Of a stretch of 64,000 nt of DNA, positions 35,707-51,000 are shown in pieces. The position numbers and the translations under genes are program-made. The notes under the pieces are model-generated. The model did not search any database and was not told the DNA's origin. It worked only from the letters and a program-made list of their open reading frames with translations. Numbering within the stretch: the first letter of the stretch is position 1; every line of letters starts with the position of its first letter. The stretch is taken from contig NIVC01000368.1 in NCBI GenBank assembly GCA_002269645.1, positions 269,864 to 333,863 of the forward strand, written 5' to 3'. This stretch comes from Macrostomum lignano. Lineage: Eukaryota.

Positions 35707-38700
35707 TTAATCCACCCGTTTTCTTTGCTGCTGCTGTTGCTCTTTCAGTGCAGTCGCGACAGCCGATGGCAGATCCAGCTGATCCTCGTCAATGATAGAC
35801 AGCTGCCGCCCGATGCCGAGCTCGCTGTTGATGACGCCGACAGAGGCTGAGCGCTCCTGATGGCTTGCGCCCACCGGCGACTCGGAGTCATCCGGGCTCA
35901 TGTCGATCTCGCGGACGTCGCTGGAGGATCGCGGCCTCAGCTGCTCAATGTCAAGCGTCAGAAGGTGCTTGCCAGAGCAGCAGCTATCGGCTTTCCCAGC
36001 GCGATCCTTGGTGGCAAGATCTGGCGACAAACTTTGCCTCTGCTGCTGCTCCTGCTGCTGAACTCGCTGCTTAATTGGCTGCTTTGATCTTGATGGCGAA
36101 GACATGTTCATGTCTAGAAACTTATTCGGCAGCTGAAGCTGCTGATATTGATTTGGGCCCTGCGGTTGCTGCTGCTGTTGCCTTGGCGACAGCGGCCGGT
36201 TAATGCGCTGGCCTCGCTTACCGATGGAACCAACGCCCGGGTCGATGACAACGCTGACGCCCTCCATGGTGTGAAGCGTCGGCGACAGTGGCGGCGAGAA
36301 TGGCGCGTTGACTTTCACGATGTAGCTGAGATCGGCGTCGTCGTCTTCGATGGCCTCAAGAATTCGGTCGGACGCGGCGAGCTGCTTCTGCTGCTGCTTG
36401 GCCGCCTGGCCGGGGCGCCGGCGGTGCTGCCAAGGAATTCGTTGGATTGCTTGCCAATTGAAGCAGTTGGTAACAGAACAGCTTTTTATGGTTAAGTGTT
36501 ACTTTAAGTTTAGAATTGTTACATTTGAGTTTTACTTCAAGGATGCATGCATATACACGGTTAACAAAATTGTTTTAATGCCGTAAGTAGTGTAGTAAGA
36601 ACATGCGTATTTAAATCTAAAAAGCAGAAAGTGAATCACTATTGAGTAAATGCGCAAGCGTGAACCAACCAATTAAAATGTCATTCCACAACGTCTCTGA
36701 TCGTGACCTGGGATTGTCAATCGAAAGCAAAACAATAAGTTTTTTTAGTTGTAACCGTATCTACGTACTTCAAGAAAATCATCATTCAAAGAATTAAGAA
36801 TAAGGTAGAAATCAGCTCGAGTATTTATTAGTTCTAAAAAACTTGTTTCAGCTTATCTTCTCACCTGGCCAATGCTACTTCCGCTGATGCCGCTTCCCGC
36901 AGCGGCACCAACCGTCATCAGCGATGCCGTTCGTCGCTTAGCCCTGGCACTTTCGCCTCTGCTAGTCGCAGCGGTAGCCGGCGACAGCGACAAACGCTGC
37001 CGATGCTTGCGATGTCGAACAACGTCCTCAGTTGACAACGCCGCCGCGCCGTCTGACTCGTCGTCGCCTTCATCCTCATCTACGTCGTCTCCAGTTGCAT
37101 CGTCGGCATCGTCGTCGTCTTCGTAGTCGTCGTCGTCGTCGTCGTCAAGGAGATCTGTTTTGGCGTCGTCCTCGTTCTCATCCTCCTCGTTGATGTCCTC
37201 GCAGTTAGAGCTTTCGATGCCAGCCTTGCTGGCCGACGCGCTGATGGGGACGTCTTTTCCAGATCCACCGGATCGACGCCGGGCCGGCTGCTGCTGCTGC
37301 TGGTGCCGCTGCCGCTGCTGTTCGCGCATCTGCATTCGCTGCATTTTGCTCATCAGCCTTCTGTGCGTGTTGGTCCGGGGACTGTTGGCGGCCACGGTCA
37401 TTGCCAGCTTGCATTTTAGCTTCTCCTGGAAGCGCTGCTGCGACTGGCGTAGACTGTCGAGCCAAGCAAGCTGCATGGTTGATGCATTTGACGTGGGTGG
37501 AATTTAGCTGCGCCCTCAATGGCAAATAAGGACACGTAAAAAGAGTCTTTTAAAGTGACCCCATGAGAAAGATGCTGAGGTCAAAGGTAGCAACCGGATC
37601 AGAATGTAAAAAGTACAGAAGCGGGCTTCGTGCTGATAAAGATTCCTCCTTATTAGAAGCAGGGGGTTGTGTGCACCCTGGTACACTTAAGCGACACTGT
37701 CACACAACCGGCGAGAGGCATCACTGCCCGTTCCGCCGACTCCTCTGAGCAGGCACACAAGCGCGCGGATACGTACGCAGTCATACGCACAGGCACAAAC
37801 TCACACAGGAGTGTACAGCGGCCCTAAATTTATTTATCGTTAGGCATGTACACTTCATTGTGCCTTGGGGGGTTGGCCCTCAAGCTGGGAGTTAATTGCC
37901 GGGAATTTGCTGCGAGTTCAAGCTGGGATGTGACTGCACTTGGAATCGAGCCTGGGCCTCTGGCACATCAGAGCGCCTTTCTAGACCACTGGGCTACGGC
38001 CTCTCTTAACTATTGCTGTGCGTACAGTGCACATGTATCTATAATTAACATTTCGATAGTTGAGTCAAAATAAAACTAACAAACCTCTTTCCCATCCGCA
38101 TATATTCCTCAGAATACGACCATAAAATATGTACGTAAGGAAAGGATGATGATGCGGAAACTGCACTATTCCAAAACTTCTCTGCCGCAAGAAAGTCGGA
38201 CAACACAATCGTGTCCACAGGCGCAAAGTTTTACCTTCTGCTGATCTCCGGCCGACTGGAGAGTGTAAACTCCGATGATCTGTTGAAATCGGCTGATATG
38301 GATGAGCACAAATGCGTGCTTGAGACCGTTGGCTGAAAAGTTTTTAAAGCAAAATGTGTTTGCTACAAACTGTCAAAAATAACTATTTATGCAAAGCTAG
38401 GTACTTCATTGCGAGCACGTCACGAGTTCTTTACCAAACCGAGTAAGTCAAAAGCCATGAACCCTTGTAATTCTTCATGAGTCTGTGCTTGTGTCAAATC
38501 ATGCAGTTCTCAAGGAGCCCTGTACATGTAGTACTTTCGCAGAAACTTCTTTGCTGCCTCGACAAAATCTATTTCCCATTACTCGTATGTAATTCTCTAC
38601 AATTCGTGTCACGAACCAACACGGCTTCTACCATAAGTCCCGAGCAAACATCACTTCACTTTCACACTGCATGGGTTCGAAATTTGAGCTTGCAAAGACT

Positions 38701-39070
38701 CACCATTCGCTTCAACGTAGCCAATATCGTGAATGCTGAATCGATCCAGCGCGATTGGCTGCCGATAGACCACGAACAGTGCGCCATCCGTTGGGGACAT
38801 GGAGTACACTGAGCTGCTCTCGTTTACCGATCGCTGTTGGAAGAAATGGTTAATACAAAACTTGAAACCTGAAATCGATTTTTAATAGAACATTAAATGC
38901 AGTTTAATCTCACCTTCTTGGGTGGCTTCTTCACCTTGGTCAGAAGTAGTATGTCGTCAAAGAGAAAGCAGTAAACTTCTGTACTACGATTTGTCTCTGA
39001 AATTTGGAGTAGAATGAAAAATGTCTGCCTGCGTGTCTTATCTTTCTGTCTGTCTGTCTGCCTGCCTGCC

Positions 39071-39163
<93 letters not shown>

Positions 39164-42100
39164 GCCTGCCTGCCTGCCTGCCTGCCGGTCCGTATGTTCA
39201 GCTCACCAACGAGGCTGAGCAGTCCCTCGTGAATGAGTTGTCGCTTCGGATTGGCGATGAGTTTCTCGCACGGCTGGCAGCTCAGGCTGCTCTTGAGAAA
39301 GTCGGGAATGAAGGCTTTGGTCTCGAGCTCGGTAATCGGAGGCCAGATCAGCTGCTGCTGGATGTTCTGCAGGCGTTCAAAATTTCTCAGCCACTTCAGC
39401 TTGTCCTCAAGACTCTCTGTGTGTTAGGTAGTGAGAAGAAAATTAATATTGCGATTAACAAATTCTTCGAACTTCAAGAATCTATGACATAATTTTGCTT
39501 TATTTAACGTACTTAGCGAGTTTTCCACTCGCTTGAGGCTCTCAGTAAGCATAGCCTTGTTGCAGTCTTCGCTGGTGTACTTGCGTATTTGAGCCAACAG
39601 CAGGGGCATCTTGGTGCAGTGCTGCATTGGGGCCACTAAGAGATCCGTGATCTGCAGTCTGTGGCATCGAGGATCGACTTCGCATCGCTGAAGTTGATGT
39701 TATGGGCCGGGAGTATTGATTCGCCCAGTTCCGTGACAAGTAGCCTCAAATTTTAAAGAAAAAGTTATCTTAAGTAAAACATTCAGTTGGGGCTTGTGTA
39801 TGGGACCTGACGATTAGAAAGTCAGGATCTACGAGGATGTACACCCTGTGTGAGCGTGTGTATGAGTGCTGTGCTTGCGTACAGTATTGGCGCGCTTGCA
39901 TGCCTTCAGGAGTCAGCCGAATGGACAGAATTGCCTCAGCGTTAGTTGTAAGACAATGTCGTCGAAGGCGTTTGCTAGGGTGCCCGCAATCTTAATGCAA
40001 TTATTATTATAAAATAGTGCGTGTGGGTTATATTTGCCTTTCCAAATCTTGGTATTGATCTTGGTATTGGTCCTACGAGACGTTGGGGCGCCCGACACTA
40101 CCAACGGGGCGAACTTCGTCCGCTCTCAGGCTCTGCGGCGCGCCATCTGATGCATCCTGCTCTGTGACTTTGCTTGGGGTAATTTTTGTTGTTGTTTTTC
40201 TGTATGGTGTATGGCAAGCCAAGCAATTTAGGATTAAGATTCGCTGTATCGCTTACTAACAAGTAGAAATACGTGAAGTATCAGAATAAAACGTCTGAAA
40301 TTTGCCGGTCCCAAGAAGCTTTTTCAGTGGATTTAAATAATTCATCCCCTGCATGCATACGTTTTTGAATTTATGTATGCGCGCCTGTAGTCTGTTATTT
40401 ACTGTTCGCTCGTTCTTCTTCGTTTCGTTACTATTTGTTTAGCGTCTGCGCGTCTACAGAATGAAAGACTGCTTGGAGTTGATCGCGTCCGTGAAGGCTT
40501 GTGTTTGCTTAGGAGAATTTGCTTTTGCTACTAGCACTACCGGCCCGTATCAGTTTACAATCCTACAAGCAGACAGGTAGGCATAGGTAGAAGCGCGAAA
40601 CTACACGTGAGCTGTCGACAGTTGGAAAAATCCACGCACTTGTGTGTATCTGCCCTAACCGCGACAACGGTAACTCAATAATAGTGCCATTTTGCCCGCT
40701 AGCAACTAACTGCTCAATCAACTGGATTAATAGTGAATTTAGTGCAAGTAAAAGTACAAATGGGAGCTCTCTGTCATACTTGAAACTCTTGCGCCGTGTT
40801 GATACCTAGTTCATTAGTATCCAAATTTATTTCTTGATACGTGTGTGCACATGCAGACGATGAAGTAATTGTCAGTGCCGTTATCGATCCATCAAATGCC
40901 CCCGCGCATCACCTTAGAATCTTCAGATCCTGCATACAAAATACTAATTATTCAAAAACTAATTATTACAAAGTTGTAACACTGTCTGACCAAGAAAAGC
41001 TGAGGTAGAAAGATGATGCACTTCATTTTCTTAGAAATTAATGAGCTCGTAGGAGATCGGAATTTTCTCGAATGATTTTGTCTATGGAAAAACCCCTATC
41101 CAGCGCTATGCTTTCTGTGGAACATACTAAATGCACTAGCAATACCATGAATGCAGAGAGGTTCTTTACAGAACATGGTAACGAGTATGTGTCGTAGTTT
41201 ATCAACAGATTAGCATTCTTAATTGGCTACCCCCCTGCATATGACAACAAGCTTTGTCAAGTATAAACTCTTGGAGCATGACTATCAGTAGGTAACGATG
41301 CATACGAGAAAATTCTTCAAAGCGCTCCGTGCCTATAATGACAATAATTTTCTGAGAACTTTTCTATAAAATCTGTTCTTTCTTTTTTTCTGTAGCGTAA
41401 AAATCTACTTTTTACCAGCTTAGCTACGAGCCAAAAATATGCCTATCTATATATATCAATCAGCTGAATTACAGACTGCTGCTTGTAATATCTACTTCAT
41501 AGGTAATGATTAACGGCTGCAGTAATGCTCATACATCTGCTATTAGAAGGATTCTTATCTTGAACCTCATAGTTGCTTCCTGAAATCTCTAGGATACTAT
41601 AGGATAAGAGATACCTCTTTATACTATAGCGTACATTCGGTGTTTAAAGAATTGCAATTTGTCAAACGCAAAACAATATTTACCTTCTCAAATTCAGAGA
41701 ACTGCTCTTGTCTTCTCAGGATCTCCAGATAAGTGATCGCACAGTGGTAGTTTAGGCAATAATTATGAAACACTTCTCCGTCTTTTGAGGACAGACTCCA
41801 CTGGAAAGTAAGTTGGACTTTAAACAATAAACGATCTGTCTTTAACAATAAATTCGATAATTACAATCAGACTATCTGCTCACTCTTTTAAAAGCTTTCA
41901 ACAGCCCAGAAGTTGTTCCGAATTGACCTCGTTTAGCTTCCTTGCAAAGCGTCGAGATTAAATCCCTTGAGAACGTGTAGCTTACCTATAGGGAGTTGTT
42001 TAAAACAAAATCATAATTCAACAAAAGTAATTATAAAGGTTATACACTTCATCAAAAACTGCTCAGGGAACTCACGTAACACAGCTCGTCAATATTTCCA

Positions 42101-44853
42101 AATAGGTCCTCAGGCTCAACAAACATCAGGTGGCCATCAACCTGGAGCTTCTTTAACGGCTCGAGAAAGCACTGGAACACAGAAATTCGTAAGAAAATTA
42201 ATAAATTACGCCATGTCAAATCTAGCAATTTATTTCTGCCCGAAGTCCATTAGGAACAACTATCATTGCTAATCGAATTGATGGGTTCTCCACGCTGCAA
42301 GAAAGTCATTTTCTCTTCTGCTTCCTATGAGTCTGCAAAAAACTGTTTCTATATTTGGCAGTATGGGACGAGGCGATTTCGTGACACGGTTTTTTTACTG
42401 TATCGATCGACTCCATTCTCTGAGATGGTGTCTGGTGCATTAGCTATAGTTTTATGGGAAATTTAATATCGCACGTCATCTCTTATGTTCGATACAGCAT
42501 CCCATGAGACTGAGATGATAAAGCCAGGTTTTCCTTGGCCATGTCGACTGGGGATGGGGCATTGCGGCTGAGCAACAGTGTCGTGCAAGACTCTCGAGTT
42601 GTGCAAGAAGATCCGTTTTCGCGGGCGAAATTCGTTAGGGAGATCGAAAACAAGTTGTCAGTTTTTTGCTATTGAAATCTCTAGTTCACCATCTGAACTC
42701 AGTCAGTCGATTTTCAGGGCTCTACCGCCACAGCCAAGCATCATTGAGCAAGGCGACAGAATTGGTGTTCTTGCTTTTGCTCAGTAGTCGGCAGGAACAT
42801 GCAGGGTTGTCCCAGCACTGCCGCCGATCTCTAATGACAATTACAGGCCAACCCCCAAGGCACACAGAGTGTACATGCCTGGCGATTAGAAAGTCAAGGC
42901 CGCTGTGCACCCTGTGTGAGGTGTGTGCGCTTAGGAGACAAAGGAGTGAGTAGAAATGCTTCGGCTATAACTGCTTGGAAAATAGTGTATTATTTAGCTT
43001 CTCGGCACCTTGAATAGCTACAATAGGTCTGAGTGGGCGGGCTTCGCTAAGCACTATAGTTAATATAATTTCAAAGTCGGATAATCTGACATTTCCATAT
43101 TTGCCGGTGCCATTAAGGACGATCTACGGATCTGCGATAGTCCGTTCAGCCTTAACTTGGCTTTCCGGCTTTAGCGACCATATAACTGCCGGTCGTTATT
43201 GTCGAACAATCCGCGCACGATTAGTCAGAGGAAATGGGAAGTTTTCCATTTACGCTACAAAGAGGACCCATGGTCGCTTTATCCTTCCCTAACTAAGCTT
43301 CATTCTGCGTTGCTGTTTGACCTTTCCCCTGGAACTATTATAAAAACAGAGTAAATACCGATTTCGCCTGCATTTTGTCGCCTATAATATGCTTTTTATG
43401 CGTCCATACGAATGAATGCATTGACGTCGGAGCGGAAGGTTGTCCAAATCCAAGGTTTGCCAAAATAAATAACTTCCAGCTAACTGCTTTTTTTATCATA
43501 CGAGCGTATTTAGAAGAAGAAAATAACTTACGAGTGTATGGAAAACGTAAGAAGACCAGCTTGAGGCTAGCGGTGCGCAAGCAGTGTTCAGAAGCCTTAC
43601 AGTATAAAACCACAATGGCTTCTATTCGTTAGTGTCTTAGGTAATTCTTATTTAGTATTTGTGTACCAAAGTCATCCAAAAAATCAGTTCACTAACAGTG
43701 GAAGCCATGCAGTCATCGAATTGGGTATTTTTGTCTAAATTGGGCATCAAAACACGAATCGCAGATCGAAAGCCTATACCCCGTGATACCTTAAGTGATA
43801 CCCCGTTATAACAGAAGTATACTCCTCGAAAACATAAGTCCTTTGTGCGCACGCGCAAGGCCAACCGAAGGTCAGCACCAGACATTGCTTACGTGCTTCA
43901 ACACCATCAGATAGTCGATGAGGAAAACCAGCTCAGATTTAAACAGTTCCCAAACTGCCTCGCGTCTTAGTCGTTCTTTTTCTGGCAGATCAGCGAAACG
44001 GGAGTCGACGCGGCTTGGACTACTTGAGGCTTCTTTGGATCTGGCAGCGCAGGCCGCCTCCGACTCCAAGTCTGGCTTGTCAAAGAGGTCCTTCCAGTGC
44101 AGATTCTGAAAGATTTCAATAAATCGTTTTTTTAAATTACTGATTAAGTGACGCAATTCCGCTGACTCCTGAGCATATGCAAGCGCTCACACAAGGTGTA
44201 CAGTGGTCCTTCAGGTCAATTACTCGTGCACACAAGTCCCTAATGAATGTCGTGTACTACTAATGAACTCGATAAATTTTCATCTAGAAATCCTGGGAGC
44301 ACAAGAAAGAGATCTGGATGGGAAGTCTCTGCGTTTTTAGTCGACAATTTATCTCTGCTGGCGGTTTAAAAAGTACAAATATTAGAATTCAAATATGCAA
44401 GCGTAGGCTTGACTTAAAACTGCTGCTTTACCTTAAACGACATGAGATAGGTGTCGCGAAATTCTGACGGTTTCAGGGCGGCTAAAATGTCGTGCAGTTC
44501 AGCGCCACTGTCCCGACCCTTGTTCCTCTTCTTGTCAATCTGAAAGACGTTTTTGATGGGTGGGGTTGATGGTGAGTTATAGCTGGTTCACAGGGGGCAC
44601 TGCGCTAATCAACGCAACACTCCACTCAACCCGTATCGTTAAGATTAAGCTCTGTCCAAAAAAGACATGTCTTTATCCGAGAGAGGCGCGTCTCTGTCCT
44701 TTACCCTGCTCCAAGATAGTCAAATAAGAAAAAATAAAAAAGTTGAAAATGTAACCTACAGACACTTACCAGTTTAAGAATTGACATTCCACTGCCACGT
44801 TTCTTGGAATTCTCTGCAATGTTAAGAAGAATGGAATGTATTATAAATAATTT

Positions 44854-44940
<87 letters not shown>

Positions 44941-44941
44941 G

Positions 44942-45005
<64 letters not shown>

Positions 45006-48000
45006 GATGGATACCGTACCGTCAAACGTAGCAAAAGACTGCAGGGTTTTCTGAGTAAGATCTGCCACAGTGTTCTGCTTCTTGAGTATCTTCTTGCTCT
45101 TCTCCTTGAGTATGTCCACTCTCGGCAGCACTTCAACGCTCAGCTCAAGAGACGATCTGCGTCTTTTGCCGTCCTCCCTGTAATAAAAATTGATGCGGAA
45201 ATATCAGAGACAATGGGGTCAGGTTGAAGGCCGTGCAGTCAAGTGCACTTGCACTAAAAAGGCTCAAGAGCTACCCCACTTACTCGTTGTCTTCGCCGCC
45301 GGACTCATTGGGGCTCCGGTCGGGGCTTTTAGCGTCCCCGATGAAATTCTGTGTGGGGGGGGGGTATTTTTTCGATAGTTTTAAGGTTTTAGTCTCTCTT
45401 ATCATAATAGAAACACGTACATTGGCTTATGCAGGTTAATTTAATTTATTAACAGAAACTTTTTGCCCAGTGACCTACAATATCTGACTCTCTAACTCAC
45501 AATATCTGACCGAAATATCTTTGACCTACAATATCTGACTCTCTGACTCACAATATCTGACTCTCTAACTCACAATATCTGACTCTCTAACTCACAATAT
45601 CTGACTCTCTAACTCACAATATCTGACTCTCTAACTCACAATATCTGACTCTCTAACTCACAATATCTGACCGAAATATCTTTGACCTACAATATCTGAC
45701 TCTCTGACTCACAATATCTGACTCTCTGACTCACAATATCTGACTCTTTGACTCACAATATCTGACTCTCTGACTCACAATATCTGACTCTCTGACTCAC
45801 AATATCTGACTCTCTAACTCACAATATCTGACTCTCTAACTCACAATATCTGACTCTCTGACTCACAATATCTGACTCTCTGACTCACAATATCTGACTC
45901 TCTGACTCACAATATCTGACTCTCTGACTCACAACATCTGACTCTCTGACTCACAATATCTGACTCTCTAACTCACAATATCTGACTCTTTGACTCACAA
46001 TATCTGACTCTCTAACTCACAATATCTGACTCTCTAACTCACAATTTCTGACTCTCTAACTCACAATATCTGACTCTCTGACTCACAATTTCTGACTATC
46101 TGACTCACAATATCTGACTCTCTGACTCACAACATCTGACTCTCTGACTCACAATTTCTGACTCTCTGACTCACAATATCTGACTCTGTGACTCACAATA
46201 TCTGACTCTCTGACTCACAATATCTGACTCTCTGACTCACAATATCTGACTCTCTAACTCACAATATCTGACTCTCTGACTCACAATATCTGACTCTCTG
46301 ACTCACAATATCTGACTCTCTGACTCACAATATCTGACTCTCTGACTCACAATATCTGACTCTCTAACTCACAATATCTGACTCTTTGACTCACAATATC
46401 TGACTCTCTGACTCACAATATCTGACTCTCTGACTCACAATATCTGACTCTCTGACTCACAATATCTGACTCTCTAACTCACAATTTCTGACTCTCTAAC
46501 TCACAATTTCTGACTATCTGACTCACAATATCTGACTCTCTGACTCACAACATCTGACTCTCTGACTCACAATTTCTGACTCTCTGACTCACAATATCTG
46601 ACTCTGTGACTCACAATATCTGACTCTCTGACTCACAATATCTGACTCTCTGACTCACAATATCTGACTCTCTAACTCACAATATCTGACTCTTTGACTC
46701 ACAATATCTGACTCTCTGACTCACAATATCTGACTCTCTGACTCACAATATCTGACTCTCTAACTCACAATATCTGACTCTTTGACTCACAATATCTGAC
46801 TCTCTGACTCACAATATCTGACTCTCTGACTCACAATATCTGACTCTCTAACTCACAATATCTGACTCTTTGACTCACAATATCTGACTCTCTAACTCAC
46901 AATATCTGACTCTCTGACTCACAATATCTGACCGAAATATCTTTGATTTACAATATCTGACTCTCTGACTCACAATATCTGACTCTCTGACTCACAATAT
47001 CTGACTCTCTGACTCACAATATCTGACTCTCTGACTCACAATATCTGACCGAAATATCTTTGATTTACAATATCTGACTCTCTAACTCACAATATCTGAC
47101 CGAAATATCTTTGACCTACAATATCTGAATCTCTGACTCACAATATCTGACTCTCTGACTCACAATATCTAACCGAAATATCTTTGATTTACAATATCTG
47201 ACTCTCTGACTCACAATATCTGACTCTCTGACTCACAATATCTAACCGAAATATCTTTGATTTACAATATCTGACTCTCAGGTGACGAGTCAGAGATGAG
47301 TTGAGCATATACATTATCCTATCGTTAACTTGACCATTAATCATAGGTAACCAAAAATAAATAAAAACGCTGGTCAGGCAGTGTGGGTCTTCCCAACAAC
47401 TCTTCGATCTAAGCACCCAAATTAACCAAGAGGCTTTAGTCTGGCTTCTCTGGCTAATCTGGCTCCGCATAGTCCTATTTGTGAGTGAAGTTGGCAGTCT
47501 TTGGCCAGTTGACAAACGGAAAAAACCACAAGTCAGGAAGCCACCCTCTGCTCATCGATCAGGTGATGTTTTGAGAAACTAGCCTGACTCAACCTAAGTA
47601 AGGGAGACAACTTGTTTTTTTACAAAAAGATATTTTTACCCAACGAAATTCCTGTGAAAAAACAGGCTTAAAATCTGTATTGTTCTATTGTAAAGCACTC
47701 TTTTATGTACTTTTAAAGGCTGAGAAACGGCATTAGTATAGTCAGCCATTGCTGACACTGAAAAATAGGATGCGTGCTACTGAATGCTGACACTCCTGAC
47801 ACCCAATACGGTCACTCCTGACACCCAATTTCTGTCACTCCTGACACCCAATACGGTCAATCCAAGATCCTGACACCCAATTTCGGTCACTCCTGACACC
47901 CAATTTCTGTCACTCCTGACACCCAATACGGTCAATCCTGACACCCAATTTCTGTCACTCCTGACACCCAATACGGTCAATCCAAGATCCTGACACCCAA

Positions 48001-51000
48001 TACGGTCAATCCAAGATCCTGACACCCAATTTCGGTCACTCCTGACACCCAATTTCTGTCACTCCTGACACCCAATACGGTCAATCCTGACACCCAATTT
48101 CTGTCACTCCTGACACCCAATACGGTCAATCCAAGATCCTGACACCCAATTTCTGTCACTTCTGACACCCAATACGGTCAATCCTGACACCCAATTCCTG
48201 TCACTCCTGACACCCAATACGGTCAATCCTGACACCCAATTCCTGTCACTCCTGACACCCAATACGGTCAATCCTGACACCCAATACGGTCAATCCAAGA
48301 TCCTGACACCCAATTTCGGTCACTCCTGACACCCAATTCCTGTCACTCCTGACACCCAACTCCTGTCACTCCTGACACCCAATACGGTCAATCCAAGATC
48401 CTGACACCCAATTTCGGTCACTACTGACACCCAATTTCTGTCACTCCTGACACCCAATTTCTGTCACTCCTGACACCCAATACGGTCAATCCAAGATCCT
48501 GACACCCAATTTCGGTCACTCCTGACACCCAATTCCTGTCACTCCTGACACCTAATTTCTGTCATTCCTGACAACCAACTCCTGTCACTCCTGACAACCA
48601 ATTCCTGTCACTCCTGGCACCCAATTCCTGTTACTCCTGGCACCCAATTCCTATCACTCCTGACAACCAACTCCTGTCACTCCTGACAACCAATTCCTGT
48701 CACTCCTGGCACCCAATTCCTGTCACTCCTGGCACCCAATTCCTATCACTCCTGACACCCAATTTCTATCACTCCTGACACCCAATTTCTATCACTCCTG
48801 ACCCCCAATTTCTATCACTCCTGACACCCAACTCCTGTCACTTCTGACACCCAATTTCTTTTACTCCTGACACCCAATTTCTATCACTCCTGGCACCTAA
48901 TTTTTATCACTCCTGATACCCAACTCCTGTCACTCCTGACACCCAATGTTTTTCACTCCTGACACCCAACTCCTGTCACTCCTGACAACCAATGTCGGTG
49001 TCAAACGTGCCGAACGATGAGTAGCAGGGGTGGGGGGTCTGTCAACCTGCCCTGACCAGGTGTACACGCCACATGATAATATCTAAAGTGCACATCTACC
49101 CGACTACGCGTATGCGTCCTGCAGGCTTATGATAACACAAGAAGAATCAGGGCATTGTGGGAAATTTTGTTTGCCAAAACGAGACAGAAAGCTGTTCAAT
49201 ATTTCCTACCTCTCGCCTTTTTTCCCTAACTCTCTTCTCCGTGGAGACAAACTTAACTGCTCATCTGCCTCTTGGCTGCGAGTAGCTCACCTGAGATTAT
49301 TAAGAGGATAGTGGCTTAAGTCTCCCGAGGGGATTGTCACGGGGCAACCTGAGCCTCGCGCTGGAGAACATTTCTCCCCTTGCGCGTTTGTTTTATTTAA
49401 TCCATCTGGGGATATCCTTTTCTGCCTTGTGTACCAGACATTTTCCTAATGCTTTGGGCTCATGATAACTTTTGGAACTTGCGAGGCAATTTCAATCCGA
49501 AATAATTAAATCCAAGTTTTCACTGTTTTTCTCTGACATCAGCTGCTTGAGTTTAGGATTGATCAATAATGCTCTGCTCTACAGTTTCCCTTTCGATTCT
49601 GTTTTTACTCTCCTCTACTCTAGTCTACTCTAGTCTAATCTACTCTTTTCTACTTTACTCTAGTCTACTCTACACTGCTCTACTCTACTCTACTATTCTT
49701 CTCTACTCTACTCTAGTCTAATCGAATCTACTCTACTCTACTCTTTTCTATTCTACTCTACTCTACTCTAATCTAATCTACTCTACTCTACTCTTTTCTA
49801 CTCTACTCTACTCTACTCTAATCTAATCTACTCTACTCTACTCTTTTCTACTCTACTCTACTCTACTCTACTCTAATCTAATCTACTCTACTCTACTCTT
49901 TTCTACTCTTTTTTACTCTACTCTAATCTAATCTACTCTACTCTACTCTTTTCTACTCTACTCTACTCTACTCTAATCTAATCTACTCTACTCTACTCTT
50001 TTCTACTCTACTCTACTCTACTCTAATCTAATCTACTCTACTCTACTCTTTTCTACTCTACTCTACTCTACTCTACTCTAATCTAATCTACTCTACTCTT
50101 TTCTACTCTACTCTACTCTACTCTACTCTAATCTAATCTACTCTACTCTACTCTTTTCTACTCTACTCTACTCTACTCTAATCTACTCTACTCTACTCTA
50201 CTCTAATCTAATCTACTCTACTCTACTCTTTTCTACTCTTTTCTACTCTACTCTAATCTAATCTACTCTACTCTACTCTTTTCTACTCTACTCTACTCTA
50301 CTCTAATCTAATCTACTCTACTCTACTCTTTTCTACTCCACTCTACTCTACTCTAATCTAATCTACTCTACTCTACTCTTTTCTACTCTACTCTACTCTA
50401 CTCTACTCTAATCTAATCTACTCTACTCTACTCTTTTCTATTCTACTCTACTCTACTCTACTCTTTTCTACTCTACTCTACTCTACTCTAATCTAATCTA
50501 CTCTACTCTACTCTTTTCTACTCTACTCTACTCTACTCTACTCTAATCTAATCTACTCTACTCTACTCTTTTCTACTCTACTCTACTCTACTCTACTCTA
50601 ATCTAATCTACTCTACTCTACTCTTTTCTATTCTACTCTACTCTACTCTACTCTTTTCAACTCTTTTCTACTCTACTCTAATCTAATCTACTCTAATCTA
50701 ATCTACTCTAATCTACTCTACTCTAATCTACTCTACTCTACTCTATTCTACTCTACTATTCTACTCTACTTTACCACGGCGTATCCCATCTTACTGTTAT
50801 TCTCTCTACCAAATTTTTCCTATGTACTCACCTATGTGGCTCAATCCACTTTTTCCTACTGCCTTTTGTTAAATCCCAGACACCCGGCCACCGTGCACTT
50901 TAAAAATACGACAGCTATTACACATGCATCGCTTTCTTTCGACCGAGAAGCACCCCAGCAAAAAGACCCTCCGCCCCGGCTTCACAAAGAGCCAAAAAGG

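Noticed and set aside
37931-38001. Functional tRNA gene
   Set aside because: A and B boxes are present, but the acceptor and T stems do not pair well and the sequence continues into a repeated 3' region, so it was called a SINE head.
42230-43870. Several 60-95 aa ORFs in RhoGEF introns as a nested gene
   Set aside because: I found no recognisable domains and no consistent chain of in-phase exons.
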